Shown here piece by piece: positions 43,901-55,200 of a DNA stretch of 64,000 nucleotides (position 1 is its first letter; every line of letters begins with the position of its first letter). Origin of the DNA: Babesia bigemina (taxonomy: Eukaryota). Location: positions 3,348,001 to 3,412,000 of the forward strand of contig NC_027218.1 of assembly GCF_000981445.1 (NCBI RefSeq), given 5' to 3'. The notes beneath the pieces were generated by a model that did no database searches, was not told where the DNA came from, and was given only the letters and a program-made list of their open reading frames with translations. The position numbers and the translations under genes were made by a program.

Positions 43901-45117
43901 CTGATTTGCTTTGCCAATTCATCGAGACTTTGCTTGTCTTCCTCGAAAGTTGACTGCAAGGTCTCAACCTTCTTTTCCAATTTTCGCAACGTTTCGTCCA
44001 CATCATTCATCAAGGATTTGGATACATTTTCAATTATTATTTTAATACGGCGAGCAGATTCAACGAAATGTTGTCGCGTTGGCCGTAGCAGTGAATTAGA
44101 TTGGGCAGTACTATGTAAGTCATCAATTGTCGCGTGCAATGCTTCTAAATCGCTTTTCATTTTGCTTAAAAAACCGTTGAAATTTTTGTTGCCAAGCGTA
44201 TTAACATTGGTTGCTAGCTTTACAATCTCGGCGTCAATATGTTTGAGCAACTCGAATAGTTCACTTTCTGTGGTTTTCACTCCTAAGCTCATTGTCAAAA
44301 ATGGTATATGCTGAATGTTAGGTTGCAATTCGCTCCTAAGTTTTGTGTCTAAAGTTCCCAGTTTAGCTGCACTATCTTTCCCCAACTTATGCGCTTCATC
44401 GGCCGTTTTGATCAACCCATTCAATTCGTTTTCAGCAGAACTAATGTTTCGCGCAACAATGACAATCTGGCCGTCGAGTTTATTAATATTTTGTTCCAGC
44501 ATTTCAATGAAACTGTTAACCGTTGATTCGGCGTCATCACGAATTCGGTGCGAATGGCTGAGTAGCAATAGGCGTTCCGCCTCAACGCTTTTGACTACTT
44601 TTTTCATGTCCTCGTTTTTTGCTGATTCGCAGAAATTGCTCACCGCCTGAATCACAAACTCTATATATTTTACGAGTTTATTTTTTAGATTTTGGTCTAA
44701 ATGCTTCGCTGCCTTCATAGCTTGTTCTGCACTGCCTATAAGGATGTGCGCTATTTTTGAGGACCATTCTTGTTGTTGATCAACTGCATAATTATTCATG
44801 TTTTGACGAACTTGTAGTGCATCATTAATGCCGCTTTTTAATTGTTCCAATAGATTCTTCACTCTGTTTATTTTCTCCTCCACCTCCCTCCCATACCCCT
44901 CCAACCACTCCTTCACCGCGCCGACAGACTCCACAAGCCCAGCACGCCCGGAGCCAATATTTTTAGTTAAGGTGTCTAGTACACTTTTAAGGTTTTTATT
45001 GTGATCACTGATGTATTTATCATAAGTTGTCACTTCATTTTCGTTTTTCACCGCTTCAAGCACTCCATGCAAAAATCCCATCACCCCGTCACACAGCCTA
45101 TCTAGGTCAGAGTACAC
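40960..45117 (-). CDS. Large ves/VESA-like variant surface antigen (class Y tail); 5' end uncertain
   Basis: 1385-aa ORF with TM and tail RLDLLHIKSHLHSPSSHRIAAQSLLAAGRVNKLNRVFYLQP. Upstream ATG (45360) cut off by TAA at 45235-45237. First ATG in the ORF is at 45081. Confidence 0.82.
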   Translation of the reverse strand: MYSDLDRLCDGVMGFLHGVLEAVKNENEVTTYDKYISDHNKNLKSVLDTLTKNIGSGRAGLVESVGAVKEWLEGYGREVEEKINRVKNLLEQLKSGINDALQVRQNMNNYAVDQQQEWSSKIAHILIGSAEQAMKAAKHLDQNLKNKLVKYIEFVIQAVSNFCESAKNEDMKKVVKSVEAERLLLLSHSHRIRDDAESTVNSFIEMLEQNINKLDGQIVIVARNISSAENELNGLIKTADEAHKLGKDSAAKLGTLDTKLRSELQPNIQHIPFLTMSLGVKTTESELFELLKHIDAEIVKLATNVNTLGNKNFNGFLSKMKSDLEALHATIDDLHSTAQSNSLLRPTRQHFVESARRIKIIIENVSKSLMNDVDETLRKLEKKVETLQSTFEEDKQSLDELAKQISGTVISDILKESTALKEKNKGLPKINGLISGIKLRLNTIHQHVIDMQSANVSSNMRNVQRHFKVAKQNAIKDIAEIARKLELEINKVSYTVYETARETYHASKVAELKGLQSFVEKQKSTIEHIIYTDKMTGVKGLMRILNIALKSRSFSDMTIMNELVYKLLDVFKLFFHELMNQADLKESADAINTIYFASKYLFDKMFEEKHFHTDVTKKLDAFSNVLSVFHPETMDGAPKKVLTPLKQGFGKFVDQLDKAYVSRYSGAKQISWEAHLTTAQTEESKNCAKVFLTIAPTLFGELTHLRAQCASNYPASKIHATSGPGVLLKRMGYGVATDKSAQDGHLQNSDDMRGEKIVRLLQRQIQLSEQIAHSPKCVTRNTEKFNTMDVLDCVFKHVDEYNAVCHTTPVAKPRTPCSIFEMLGWFCGLPYNSVHTELISETLYEYLENPNKPDKDDEEGFEIEIVDHKSLYLQAYPHDITYNAIVAALTDICSTSYDIMATVVGTGDEYTMYGCDYSNNTLGLYYPQSGDDCLHMILDLLRRLFPALQYIRVQCKVATKHGGWADCAYGKSVSPANWPSEDHSTNEPKSQPNDQPKMEPKCQPKSPLMSYLNDCLPGHMPHQVSSTGCKSKCSTCPRNVPGMPCLTPLGFRGFSGSMKKGSDLGDILQIFFDIRHLTTLLALAPRPPSTLPELFGFALSLVGGWKHGAEHPIKTVIESSIRSVSINLVPNAADITDALTDAYGSTDAHHKDCEDSHLITLSSSAVCYGKNKRIDCAPYISTLWSDAYSYLPHKHADLYLSWAVYSPWNFWHLLENLYNEFCNIFCQDWGCHSCMQASKCKRGKHGHERSSCSCSSIVSCKGVSPTLYRFGFRLGDAAKLNSSNAKKVCYNFQKQFSRVIKSKYFTVLFNKCDDLLFQIRAPFIWLNVALWLLSLLYLLHIMVIRLDLLHIKSHLHSPSSHRIAAQSLLAAGRVNKLNRVFYLQP

Positions 45118-45388
45118 AATGCCCTGGCCGTCGTAGCCTTTGGAAGCAGAGTTGAAGCCGAGAAACTTTTCGAGGCCGGAGCAGAGGTTATTAAAGATGT
45201 TAGTAGGGTTATTATTTGAGGTATTTTTAGGGTTTTAAATTTTGTCAAATTTCTTGTCAAGCTCCCTAGGCGGCACATGGTCAGGGCAGTGGCAAGAGGT
45301 GGAAGAGGGGAAGTGAAGGGTGACAAGGCAGAAGTTATTGCTATGGTTTATAGAGGTCATAGCGGTATTATGGCGAGGTAATTAAAGG

Positions 45389-46368
45389 GATGTAGAGTGG
45401 AGTAAGGGGCGATGTGGAGTGGATTAGGGAGCGATGAAGAGTGGATTAGGGAGCGATGAAGAGTGGGTTAGGGAGCGATGTAGAGTGGATAAAGGAGCGA
45501 TGTAGAGTGGGTAAAGGGGCGATGTGGAGTGGCTTAAACGGCGATGTAGAGTGGATAAGGGGCGATGTAGAGTGGATAAAGGGGCGATGTGGAGTGGGTT
45601 AAGGAGCGATGTAGAGTGGGTTAGGGAGCGATGTAGAGTGGGTAAAGGAGCGATGAAGGGTGGGTTAAGGGGCGATGTGGAGTGGGTAAAGGGGCGATGT
45701 AGAGTGGGTTAAGGGGCGATGTAGAGTGGGTTAGGGAGCGATGTAGAGTGGATTAAGGGGCGATGTAGAGTGGGTTAGGGAGCGATGTAGAGTGGATAAA
45801 GGGGCGATGTAGAGTGGATCAGGGAGCGATGTAGAGTGGATAGAGGAGCGATGTAGAGTGGGTTAGGGAGCGATGTAGAGTGGATAAAGGAGCGATGTAG
45901 AGTGGATAAAGGGGCGATGTAGAGTGGATAAAGGGGCGATGTAGAGTGGGTTAAGGGGCGATGTGGAGTGGATAAAGGGGCGATGTAAGGTGGGTTAGGG
46001 AGCGATGTAGAGTGGATGAAGGGCCGATGTAGAGTGGGTTAAGGGGCGATGTAGAGTGGGTTAGGGAACGATGTAGAGTGGGTAAAGGGGCGATGTAGAG
46101 TGGGTTAGGGAGCGATGTAGAGTGGGTTAGGGAGCGATGCAGAGTGGTTAAGGGAGCGATGTAGAGTGTTTAAGGGGCGATGTAGAGTGGGTTAGGGAGC
46201 GATGTAGAGTGGGTAAAGGGGCGATGTGGAGTGGATAAGGGAGCGATGTAGAGTGGATAAAGGGGCGATGTAGAGTGGATTAAGGGGCGATGTAGAGTGG
46301 GTTAGGGAGCGATGTAGAGTGGATAAAGGGGCGATGTAGAGTGGATAAAGGGGCGATGTAGAGTGGAT
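45389..46368 (+). repeat. 22-bp G-rich satellite, ~1.0 kb
   Basis: Direct reading. Confidence 0.95.
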
Positions 46369-46397
46369 GATAATCACCACTTAGGTCATCTGCTTGG

Positions 46398-46568
46398 TCA
46401 CCATGTCATCGCTGCCGTAACCATTAACTGTCATCGCTGCCGTAACCATGTCACCGCTGCAGTGACCATGTCATCGCTGCCGTGACCATGTCATCGCTGC
46501 CGTGACCATGTCATCGCTGCCGTGACCATGTCATCGCTGCCGTGTCCATGTCATCGCTGCCGTAACCA
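46398..46568. repeat. 20-bp tandem repeat
   Basis: (CGTGACCATGTCATCGCTGC)n. Confidence 0.9.
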
Positions 46569-46574
46569 TTGACT

Positions 46575-47050
46575 TGGTCAGGTGGTTGGTCAGCACCTTG
46601 GTCACCACTTTGGTCAGCACATTGGTCAGCACATTGGTCAGCACGTTGGTCAGCACCTTGGTCAACACGTTGGTCAACACCTTGGGCAGCACCTTGGGCA
46701 GCACCTTGGTCAGCACCTTGGTCAGCACTTTGGTCATGGCATTGGTCAGCACATTGGTCACCACGTTGGTCACCACCTTGATCAGCACTTTGGTCACCAC
46801 ATTGGTCACCGCTTTGGTCAGCACATTGGTCATGGCATTGGTCAACACGTTGGTCAACACTTTGGTCAGCACTTTGGTCATGGCATTGGTCAGCACCTTG
46901 GTCAACACGTTGATCAGCACATTGGTCAACACGTTGGTCAACACGTTGGTCACCACGTTGGTCAACACCTTGGTCAACACTTTGGGCAGCACATTGGTCA
47001 TGGCATTGGTCAGCACATTGGTCATGGCATTGGTCAGCACATTGGTCACC
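46575..47050. repeat. 12-bp tandem repeat
   Basis: (TTGGTCAGCACA)n variants, giving a 4-aa period in spurious ORFs. Confidence 0.9.
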
Positions 47051-47131
47051 TCACTGCTCATGTGATTGCTCATCAACGCAATCGTTGCTGTCTAGCACAT
47101 TAGATATCAGTTGCCAGTTGGGTCATCGTGA

Positions 47132-47239
47132 TTAGCTGCGCAGTAGATACCGCACCCTGTGGAACGGCCGGATGCGGAAGTAGATCATGGCGCAGATGAC
47201 GACGATGATGAGGGCGAAGGGGACGATGGCGGAGTAGGG
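47132..47239 (-). other. Orphan TM + tail cassette (type A)
   Basis: PYSAIVPFALIIVVICAMIYFRIRPFHRVRYLLRS*, out of frame with the upstream MSSEV ATG. Confidence 0.7.
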
Positions 47240-47380
47240 AGGAGGGGAAAGTCACCTCACTGCTCATGTGATTGATCATCAACGCAATCATTACGCTGTC
47301 TATAACATTAGATTTCAGTTGCCAGTTAGGTGATCAGCGGAATTTGGGTTAAGAATGTTTGCGCCAACAAATTGCGGATA

Positions 47381-47557
47381 TTAGCTGTAGAACGCGATGC
47401 AGAAGGGTATCTTGCGTACGAGGAAATCGCGGATGTTGCGGCCCACCGGGAAGCGGAAGATGCACAGGTCGAGCAGGATGATGGCGACGATGACAGCAAC
47501 GACGACGGCGGCGATGGCGGAGTAGGGAGGGGGGGAACTAGTTACTTTACTGCTCAT
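47381..47557 (-). other. Orphan TM + tail cassette (type B), possibly a short CDS
   Basis: MSSKVTSSPPPYSAIAAVVVAVIVAIILLDLCIFRFPVGRNIRDFLVRKIPFCIAFYS; the tail is identical to that of 20665..21219. Confidence 0.65.
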
Positions 47558-47627
47558 GTGATTGGCCATCAACGCGATCATTACTGTCTACAACATTAGC
47601 TCTCAGTTGCCAGTTAGGTTATTGTGA

Positions 47628-48074
47628 TCAGCTGCGCAGTAGATACCGCACCCTGTGGAACGGCCGGATGCGGAAGTAGATCATGACGCAGACGACAATG
47701 ACGATGAGGGCGACGGGGACGATGATGTAAGGGGCGGGGGAGGAGGTGGAGGAAGAGGGGCTGGTGGAAAGCTGCGCAGCGGAGGTGTGCTGATGAGTGG
47801 AGGAGGAGGAACCGGAGGAAGAAGTGGTGGAAGTAGAGGAAACAACTCCACGATCGGCGAGGTATATGGTAGCTTGTTTGCTTCTTCGACATAAACATGG
47901 ACAATACGTGTCACAACCAAGACAACCCGATGTATGGCATTTATCATTTTTTTGCCGCTCATAGTAGAACTCACGACATACGGGACAAAACCGACATCCT
48001 GTACAAGACACGTAGCAGCATCGACAATCACGCTGCTTACAATCATTACGACACTTACATTTGTTCCAACTCAT
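47628..48074 (-). CDS. Small Cys-rich single-TM protein, tail type A
   Basis: MSWNKCKCRNDC..., Ser-rich stalk, TM, tail RIRPFHRVRYLLRS. Confidence 0.8.
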   Translation of the reverse strand: MSWNKCKCRNDCKQRDCRCCYVSCTGCRFCPVCREFYYERQKNDKCHTSGCLGCDTYCPCLCRRSKQATIYLADRGVVSSTSTTSSSGSSSSTHQHTSAAQLSTSPSSSTSSPAPYIIVPVALIVIVVCVMIYFRIRPFHRVRYLLRS

Positions 48075-48084
48075 CTTCCCGCTT

Positions 48085-48390
48085 CCCTCCCAGTCCCCTC
48101 AACCTGCAAGCATATCAATCACCTAGCAAAGCACTCACCAACTGCAACACTACCACTGCCGCTCCAGTCCCCTCAACCTGCGAACATATCAATCACCTAG
48201 CAAAGCACTCACCAACTGCAACACTACCACTGCCGCTCCCAGTCCCCTCAACCTGCAAACATCAATCACCTATGCAAGCACTCACCAACTACAACACGTA
48301 CCACTGCCGCTCCCAGTCCCCTCAACCTGCAAACATCAATCACCTATGCAAGCACTCACCAACTACAACACGTACCAGTGCCGTTCCAGT
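48085..48390 (-). repeat. ~75-bp intron + mini-exon array (4 putative introns)
   Basis: Same unit family; GTGAGT donors and GCAG acceptors retained despite interior divergence. Confidence 0.85.
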
Positions 48391-48909
48391 CCTTTCATCA
48401 CCACGTACCCTCACCGCTGTATCCCCCCAGTCCAGGCCACCGACACCCACGCTGCCCAGGATACCACGGCTGCCCTGACGCGACGCATGTGATCAGCACC
48501 AACTGTCACTCTAAATTATTCACTATTCGCAACGCCATACATATTGCAGCAAACCCTGTGCGCTCAACTCCCACAGTGCAGCAGCGCCGTGCCACGGGCC
48601 GCGGTATCGGCGCCATACTGGCGGAGCGTGTCGGCTACGTGCCTAAATGTGATATTAACTATCGCTACATCGCCGCCTATAAAACTACTTAACCGGGCCA
48701 ACGCGGATTACGCCACGTGCCAGTGACTCGCAACACACGACTTAGGTCACCCGCCGCGGCCCTCACGGCCGCCTACGTTAGCGACCAATCACCTAGCCTC
48801 ACGTGACACTCACTCAATGGGCAACGCGGACACCTCTCACGGTCAACGCACAACTCAACGCAACAGGCAATAAACGTGCTACAACACCTACCAAATTACG
48901 GTTCATCCG
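48391..48909. promoter_or_regulatory. Conserved ~500-bp non-coding block (copy 3)
   Basis: Similar to 21471-21974 and 33007-33519. Confidence 0.45.
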
Positions 48910-49098
48910 TCAGCTTAGCACTTTGCCTGGTTGCTAGCTTAGCACTTTGCCTGGGTGCTAGGTCAACACGTTGCCTGGGTGCTAGGTCAACACGTTGCCT
49001 GGGTGCTTGCTTATCACTTTGCCTGGTTGCCAGCTTACCACTTTGCTTGGTTGCTAGCTTAGCACTTAGCCTGGGTGCTAGGTTAGCACTTTGCTTGG
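48910..49098. repeat. 24-bp tandem repeat
   Basis: Same unit as 21975-22626. Confidence 0.85.
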
Positions 49099-49240
49099 TC
49101 CTTCAGTCATCACCTAATCTAGGTGCTATCTAGTTCACAGGTTGCCGCTAGAGTAATTCGAGACATTAGACTACGTTTGTCGGTTAGGTGAGTAGGTGAG
49201 TTGTTACGTGAGTTTATGTGAATTACAAGTGTGAATACAA

Positions 49241-52200
49241 TTACGGTTGCAGGTACGATATCTTGGCAAGCCTTCCGACTTGCGCTGCCGCCAACAGTGA
49301 TTGCGCTGTTATCTTGTGCGACGACGGTGTTCGCAGGTGCGAGCGTATGTGGAGCACATCCAGTCTGCCCACCATTACGCAGATTAGGTAGAAAAGGGAT
49401 AGTGACCAGAGCGCGACGGTCATCCACAAGAAAGGTGCGCGGATGACGAAGAGAAATTCGTCACATCTGTCGAACAACTCCGTGAAGTATGTTGATCTAA
49501 TGACGTTTTGGACTTGCTGTATAAATGCGAAACATGTTTTTTCGGATGCGGTCAAACTCTTAGCGTCTTCAAAAACGAAGCCGTATTTATACAGCGTAGG
49601 CATGACGCCTCTGCAGCTGACGACGGAGGAGCATTTGCAAGCCCCTTCAATAATACCGTGTTCGCCTTTCTTACATTTGTCAGCAAGGAGGCACGTGCTG
49701 CATCCCCAATCACGGCAGAAAATATGCTTCAATGCGTCATGTAAATTTTCAAGGTATTTGTGTAGATCCCATGGTAGATATAGAGCCCACGATAGGTAAG
49801 CGTTCACGTGTTTCTTGGCTACGTAGTAGTAGGCATCGTAGCATAGTGAATGAAGGTATGGAGCGGTGTACGCAGTTTGCTCCGCACTTGCTGTCGACGT
49901 TGACAAACTTGACAAGTCAGCACATTTGACTTCACGATTTGGATGACCATTCTGAGTGCTACCATACGCATTACGAAGTGCGTCGGTCAGTGTGGCAGTC
50001 TGATCATATAGGCCAATGGATCTGCTGAGAGTGGACAAATGGAATGCGTCCTTAATAAGATGAGTACCAGATTCATGCCACTTATTAACAAGTGACAAAG
50101 CGAAACCAAAGTGCTCAGGCAACGTAGACGGCGGTATCGTAACGACGCATAGCAGCGATGAAATTAGATTGGTGCCGAAGAAATAACTTAGGATTTCATA
50201 CAAATCCCAACCTTTACGCGTCGATCCCGAAAACCCTCTGAAGCCAAGCGGTGTTAAGCACGGCATTCCTGGTTTGGAGGTAGGGCATGTTTTACATTCA
50301 GCCTTGCAGCCAATAGCGCTTACCTGATGTGGTAAATGCCCTGGCAGGCAGTCATTTAAGTAGCTCATTAGCGGGGACGTAGGTTGGCACTTTGGTTTAT
50401 CGCTAGAATGCTCGTTACATTGCGATTTGCCTGTGGCTACATCCCTACCGTATAGGCAGTCACTCCACCCGAATTGGTCCGCCTTTACACCGCATCGCTT
50501 GAATAAGTACCTAAGCGGCGGTAAGATTCTACGAAGAACATCTAAGAACATCTGGAGACAATCGCCGCCGCTTTGGGGGTATTTCATACCGAAGGAGTTG
50601 TTGCAATAGTCGCTGCCATAAATGGTGTCAGCATCGCCGTGGCCTCCGATAGCACATAGGATGTCGTAGGATTTGGTACAAATATGGTGTAGCACGGTCC
50701 TGATATTCTTATATGTGAACTTTCTAGGACACGCATCGATGTAGAACGAATCCATGTCGTATACGATGATGTCGTCATCATCGGTGAGCGGTTTGGCAGG
50801 GTTATCCAGGAGGTCAGTGAAACCGTCGGACTTCAACTCAGCATATGCGTTGTTGTACGGCAGTCCAGCAAACCATATAAGCATTTCAAACACACTACAT
50901 GGCTGTCTTTTAGCTGCGAAGGTTGCGCAGTGGCTAACCTGATTGTACTCTTCCACGTGACTGCAGATACAGTTAAGAATGTCTAAGAGGTGGAACTTAT
51001 CATTTCTGACGTGATCTCTCGATTCACATCTCTCAAGATGCTCATTTCCATCTGCCTCCTTTATCGGCCACAAAATTCTTTTATATACGTTCTCACCGAG
51101 CACTGTCTCCTTATTCTGCAATTCACCGTCCTGCTTATCGACAGAAACGCTGTAACCAAGACCTCTCATAGTTCTTCCGAGGTCAGTGGATTGGTTGATT
51201 TTCTGTTTACTCAAACTTCTACATTCGCCTCTCAACCGGTCGAGGTCGTGGAACAGTGTCGCCAGTAAAGTCAGGAACGTTTTGGCGACGTTTCGGCCTT
51301 CCTTAGTTAACTCAGATTTTTCACGCTGAGGATTTTTCACCAACTCACCGCCAAACGTTTCACTATCATATGCTGAGATGTAAACTCTACGCATTTCACC
51401 GATGAAGTGAGTGAGCCCCGCAATGAGACCGTCGATGACCGGACTGCTCGGCTTGGCGAAACCGTCAGGTTTGAGGCTGCTGAGCGCAGCGTCTACTTTA
51501 TCAAGCATACCTGGCAGGATGTGGTCATATCTATGTGTTCTATGAATGTGTGCCATCAGCTCATTAAATGTGTCGTAAATTGTAATGAGCTGTCCATGGT
51601 AGCCATAGACATCCTTGACGACGGGATGTTTTTTCTTGTTTTCCTCTTCGTTAAGTCTTACTATTTCTTTGTTGACATAGGATGCGAGGGGTGACCAGAA
51701 TGCCTTGAAGTTTGAAGACAATTTTGCAAATACTTTGTTCTTTCGCTCCGCCGAATCAACGGGGTCGGCTGCCAGACTGCTAAGCTTCTCAATATTTTGG
51801 CCGGTGGTTTTACCTTCCGTAACTTCACCCTCGACAGCTTTCATGAAACCCTTGAAGCCAATCGTCAAGTCGGTGTCGATGAGTTTTGGCAATGGTGACA
51901 GTTCGTCTTGCGCTTTTTCAGCGAAGGCCTGGAGCAGGAACTTTATGGAGTCGACGTACTGCCAGCGGGCGTGGGAGGTGAGGGCTTTTTCGGCGTCTTT
52001 AATATCATTTTCGACCTGTTCCTTGAGTATCTTACTAAAGTGTTGTTCGGCTTGCTCGGCGAACTTTAGAAACTCTTCGGCGTCATGGATAGGGCCGACT
52101 TTGATTTCGTTGTGGAGGTCGTCGAGCTGACTGTAGATTTTCAGTATGCTGTTTTTAGCTTCTGTTGATTTTACGAAATACTCATTTTTCAGCTGAGTGA

Positions 52201-55200
52201 GAGACTTCTTAGCGTAATACGCGTTGTTGCCGACGGTGCTGCAGAGTTGCATGAGTAGGTTGGTAACCTGCGGAACCTGGATGTGGAGTTTTTGCAGTTC
52301 ACTCTGGATATGCGCGAGGCCTTGGACGTCGGTGTGCTTCTCTTTTATATCGGAGGTGAGGTTAACAGTAGAAACTTGACCAAGCATACTTGTAATATCA
52401 TTCAGGTAGTTGTTCACGCCGTTCTTCTGGCCATCACCCGGTGCTGGACCCGGATCCTTTTTTTCGCTGTCAATCAGCCCGGCGATTTCTTTGAGTTTGG
52501 AGGTGATTTGGGAGAAGGGGGCGGTGAAAGTATTTTGCTCATCTATTTCTGATCCAAGATTATTTTCTTTAAGCTTGTCCGTCACTTGCGTTTCAATATT
52601 ACCGATCGCCTTGGGGAGGGAGCCTTCAGCGGAGGTGCCTTCTAGAGCACCACCCATTTTAGTTTGATCGACGTAACCGTTATACTGTTTAAACGTTGTT
52701 TTTGTTTCGAGCGTAACTTTGCTATCACTATCTGCGGGAAAATGTTTTTTTAGCTCTTCAGTCACCCCCGTGATCGAGGTGTCGACGGCGGTGGCGGCGC
52801 TTTCTTCGCCTGATCCCCTGGCGAGCGCTTGTCCCAATTTTTCTTCAAGCTGTTCAGCTGCATTGGACGCTGCAGCCAATTCATCAATTTTGGAATCAGT
52901 AATAAAGGTTTTTATCTCCGTCGCCGCTTTTTCGGTAGCCTGTTTGAGGGTGTCGACGATGATATGAATCGCACTTTCCAAATGATATTTGGCTGTCTCA
53001 TCGCATAGATTAGCAGCAGACAAAGTTGCTTTGCCAACAGCCGAGACTATGCTTGTAACCTTACCATCTAGGTTTTTCGAAAAATCCGTGAGACACTTTT
53101 CGACAGCGTGTAAATCTTTCACCACGTCACCGTTTGCTTTGTCATGAGTCATTTCTACAAGAGCTTGAAGCTGTTGAGTTATTTGTTTGTTAACTTCCTG
53201 GGTTACATCCTGTTTGCTCAATGCACCTTTTTTCTGGTTTTGAGCTATGTAGAAGTCAACATATTTCTTTACGCCTCTTTCGCTTTTCAAGATATTATCA
53301 ACCATTGTACTTACTGCATTCGTGAACCTACCTTTGAATCCCTCAACATACGTCCATCTCACTCCACTTACCATGCCCATAAGACCTTTAGTTGGTTTTC
53401 CCCTAACGCCCACACTCCCTGTAATATCCTTGAGCTGTGCTCTGAGATGTTCGATCAGTTTTCCTACTGTCTTTCCATTATCATGTACTCCGCCATTTGT
53501 ATCAAATTTATCATACAACTTCCCAATCTTATTTTTAATCTCCGTCACCTGCCCCTCCACCGCCTCCTTCACCTTCCACAAATCCTCTTTCAGCTTCCCG
53601 TCCATCTCTTTCACCTGCGTTAGAGCATCTTTAACCCATGTACCAATATTGCCCTTAATATGCTCCGCCGCCTTTCTCAGCTTCTCAGCCTTCTCTTTCA
53701 TTGTCTCAGCTAACTTATAAATTTTGTCACTACCTGCACTTTCAGTCTCAACCATCTCACCAATCTCCGTACACTTCTGCTTCGCTTTTTGAACAGCCTC
53801 CGTGCCCGCAGCATTCCACTTAGTCAGCTCAACAATTCTAGCATCTATACCGTCGCCAATTTCCTGCACCTTTTTCTCGATCTCTTTTCTTTTGTTCTCT
53901 GGTTCCCTCTCCGCTGGCTCATTAACCTGTTTCAAAATTATGTCAACCTCTTTATCTGCCTCGTTAATTAACTTCCTAGCATCCTCAAGCCACGTATACA
54001 ACTCTTTAACATAATCCAGCAGTTGTTTCTCAATACTCTTCAACTCTTTCAAAATCTTCTGCACCCTCTCACTCAACTTTTTAATCAGCTCCTTCATTTG
54101 CGCATCAATTCTACAGTCGACGTTCACTTTCAAACTGCTCAACGTCTTCTTAATTTTATCTTCCGTTGCCTCTAAATCCTTACTCTCTTTACTCGACAAC
54201 TCCTTAAGACGCTTACTCTCATGCTGCATATTCTTACGCACGTTCTCAATTGTATCACGCAATTTGGGATTTAAGTCTTTTATCGCGTTTTTTGTTGCAT
54301 CTGTTTTTGTATTGATGTCAACAGCAGTAATAAAGTCTTTTGCATATTTTTGACACTGATCCACCAAGGAACTTGCCTGTGTCAAATTTTTTTCTGTGGA
54401 AGTCATGGGCCTTTCTTTATCAATTATATTCGGCAATTTAGTTTGTAACTCTTCTTTTTTATAGTTTTTCATGCCTCTTTGAAGGTTTTTAATTGCCGTT
54501 TTAACAAGGTCATTTGATGTCTTTACTTTACCATTATACCCCCGCACCCCTGCGACCACCTCCGCAATCGCAGCATTAAAACCTTTTTTACCGGCGTGTT
54601 TATTGGTGTCAAGTACCTTTATTACAGGCGTAATTGTCTCTTTATGCTGCCCTAAATGCTCTTTGATGTTACTAAGCACACCACTCAAAAATCCCATCAC
54701 CCCGTCACACAGCCTGTCCAAGTCAGAGTACACAATCCCAGAGCCGTCGTAGCCTTTGGAAGATGGATTGAAGCCGAGGAAGGTTTCGAGGCCGGAACAT
54801 AAATTAACAAGGATATTTTTAGGCTCATTTGGATGATTCTTGAAATTCTCATAAAATTCACAAAGCTCCTTCACTTTCTCCAATGCCTCCAACTTGGACT
54901 GCAATTTGGCTGGGTCAGCAGAGGGAGAGGGGGAAGAAGGAGAGTTATTATTAAGGTTATTAGGCTTACTAAGTTGATCATTAAGACGCTGAATTTCTGC
55001 AGTAACTAACTTATTAAGCTCACTAATTTTCTTGGTGTCACCAGCCTGGACACCAGACTTGACAGACTCAGAAAGGGTAGTAACAAGAGAAGAGTAAACA
55101 TTTTTAAGCTCTTCAGTACTGTTAATTTTAGCGATAATAGCATTCTTAACGGCTTTCTTAACACTGTCACTTTGACCAACAAATCCTCCAAGTTGGCCAG

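Noticed and set aside
46531..47103. Several ORFs over the 12-bp array
   Set aside because: Open in multiple frames on both strands through periodicity, with no conservation of length between copies.
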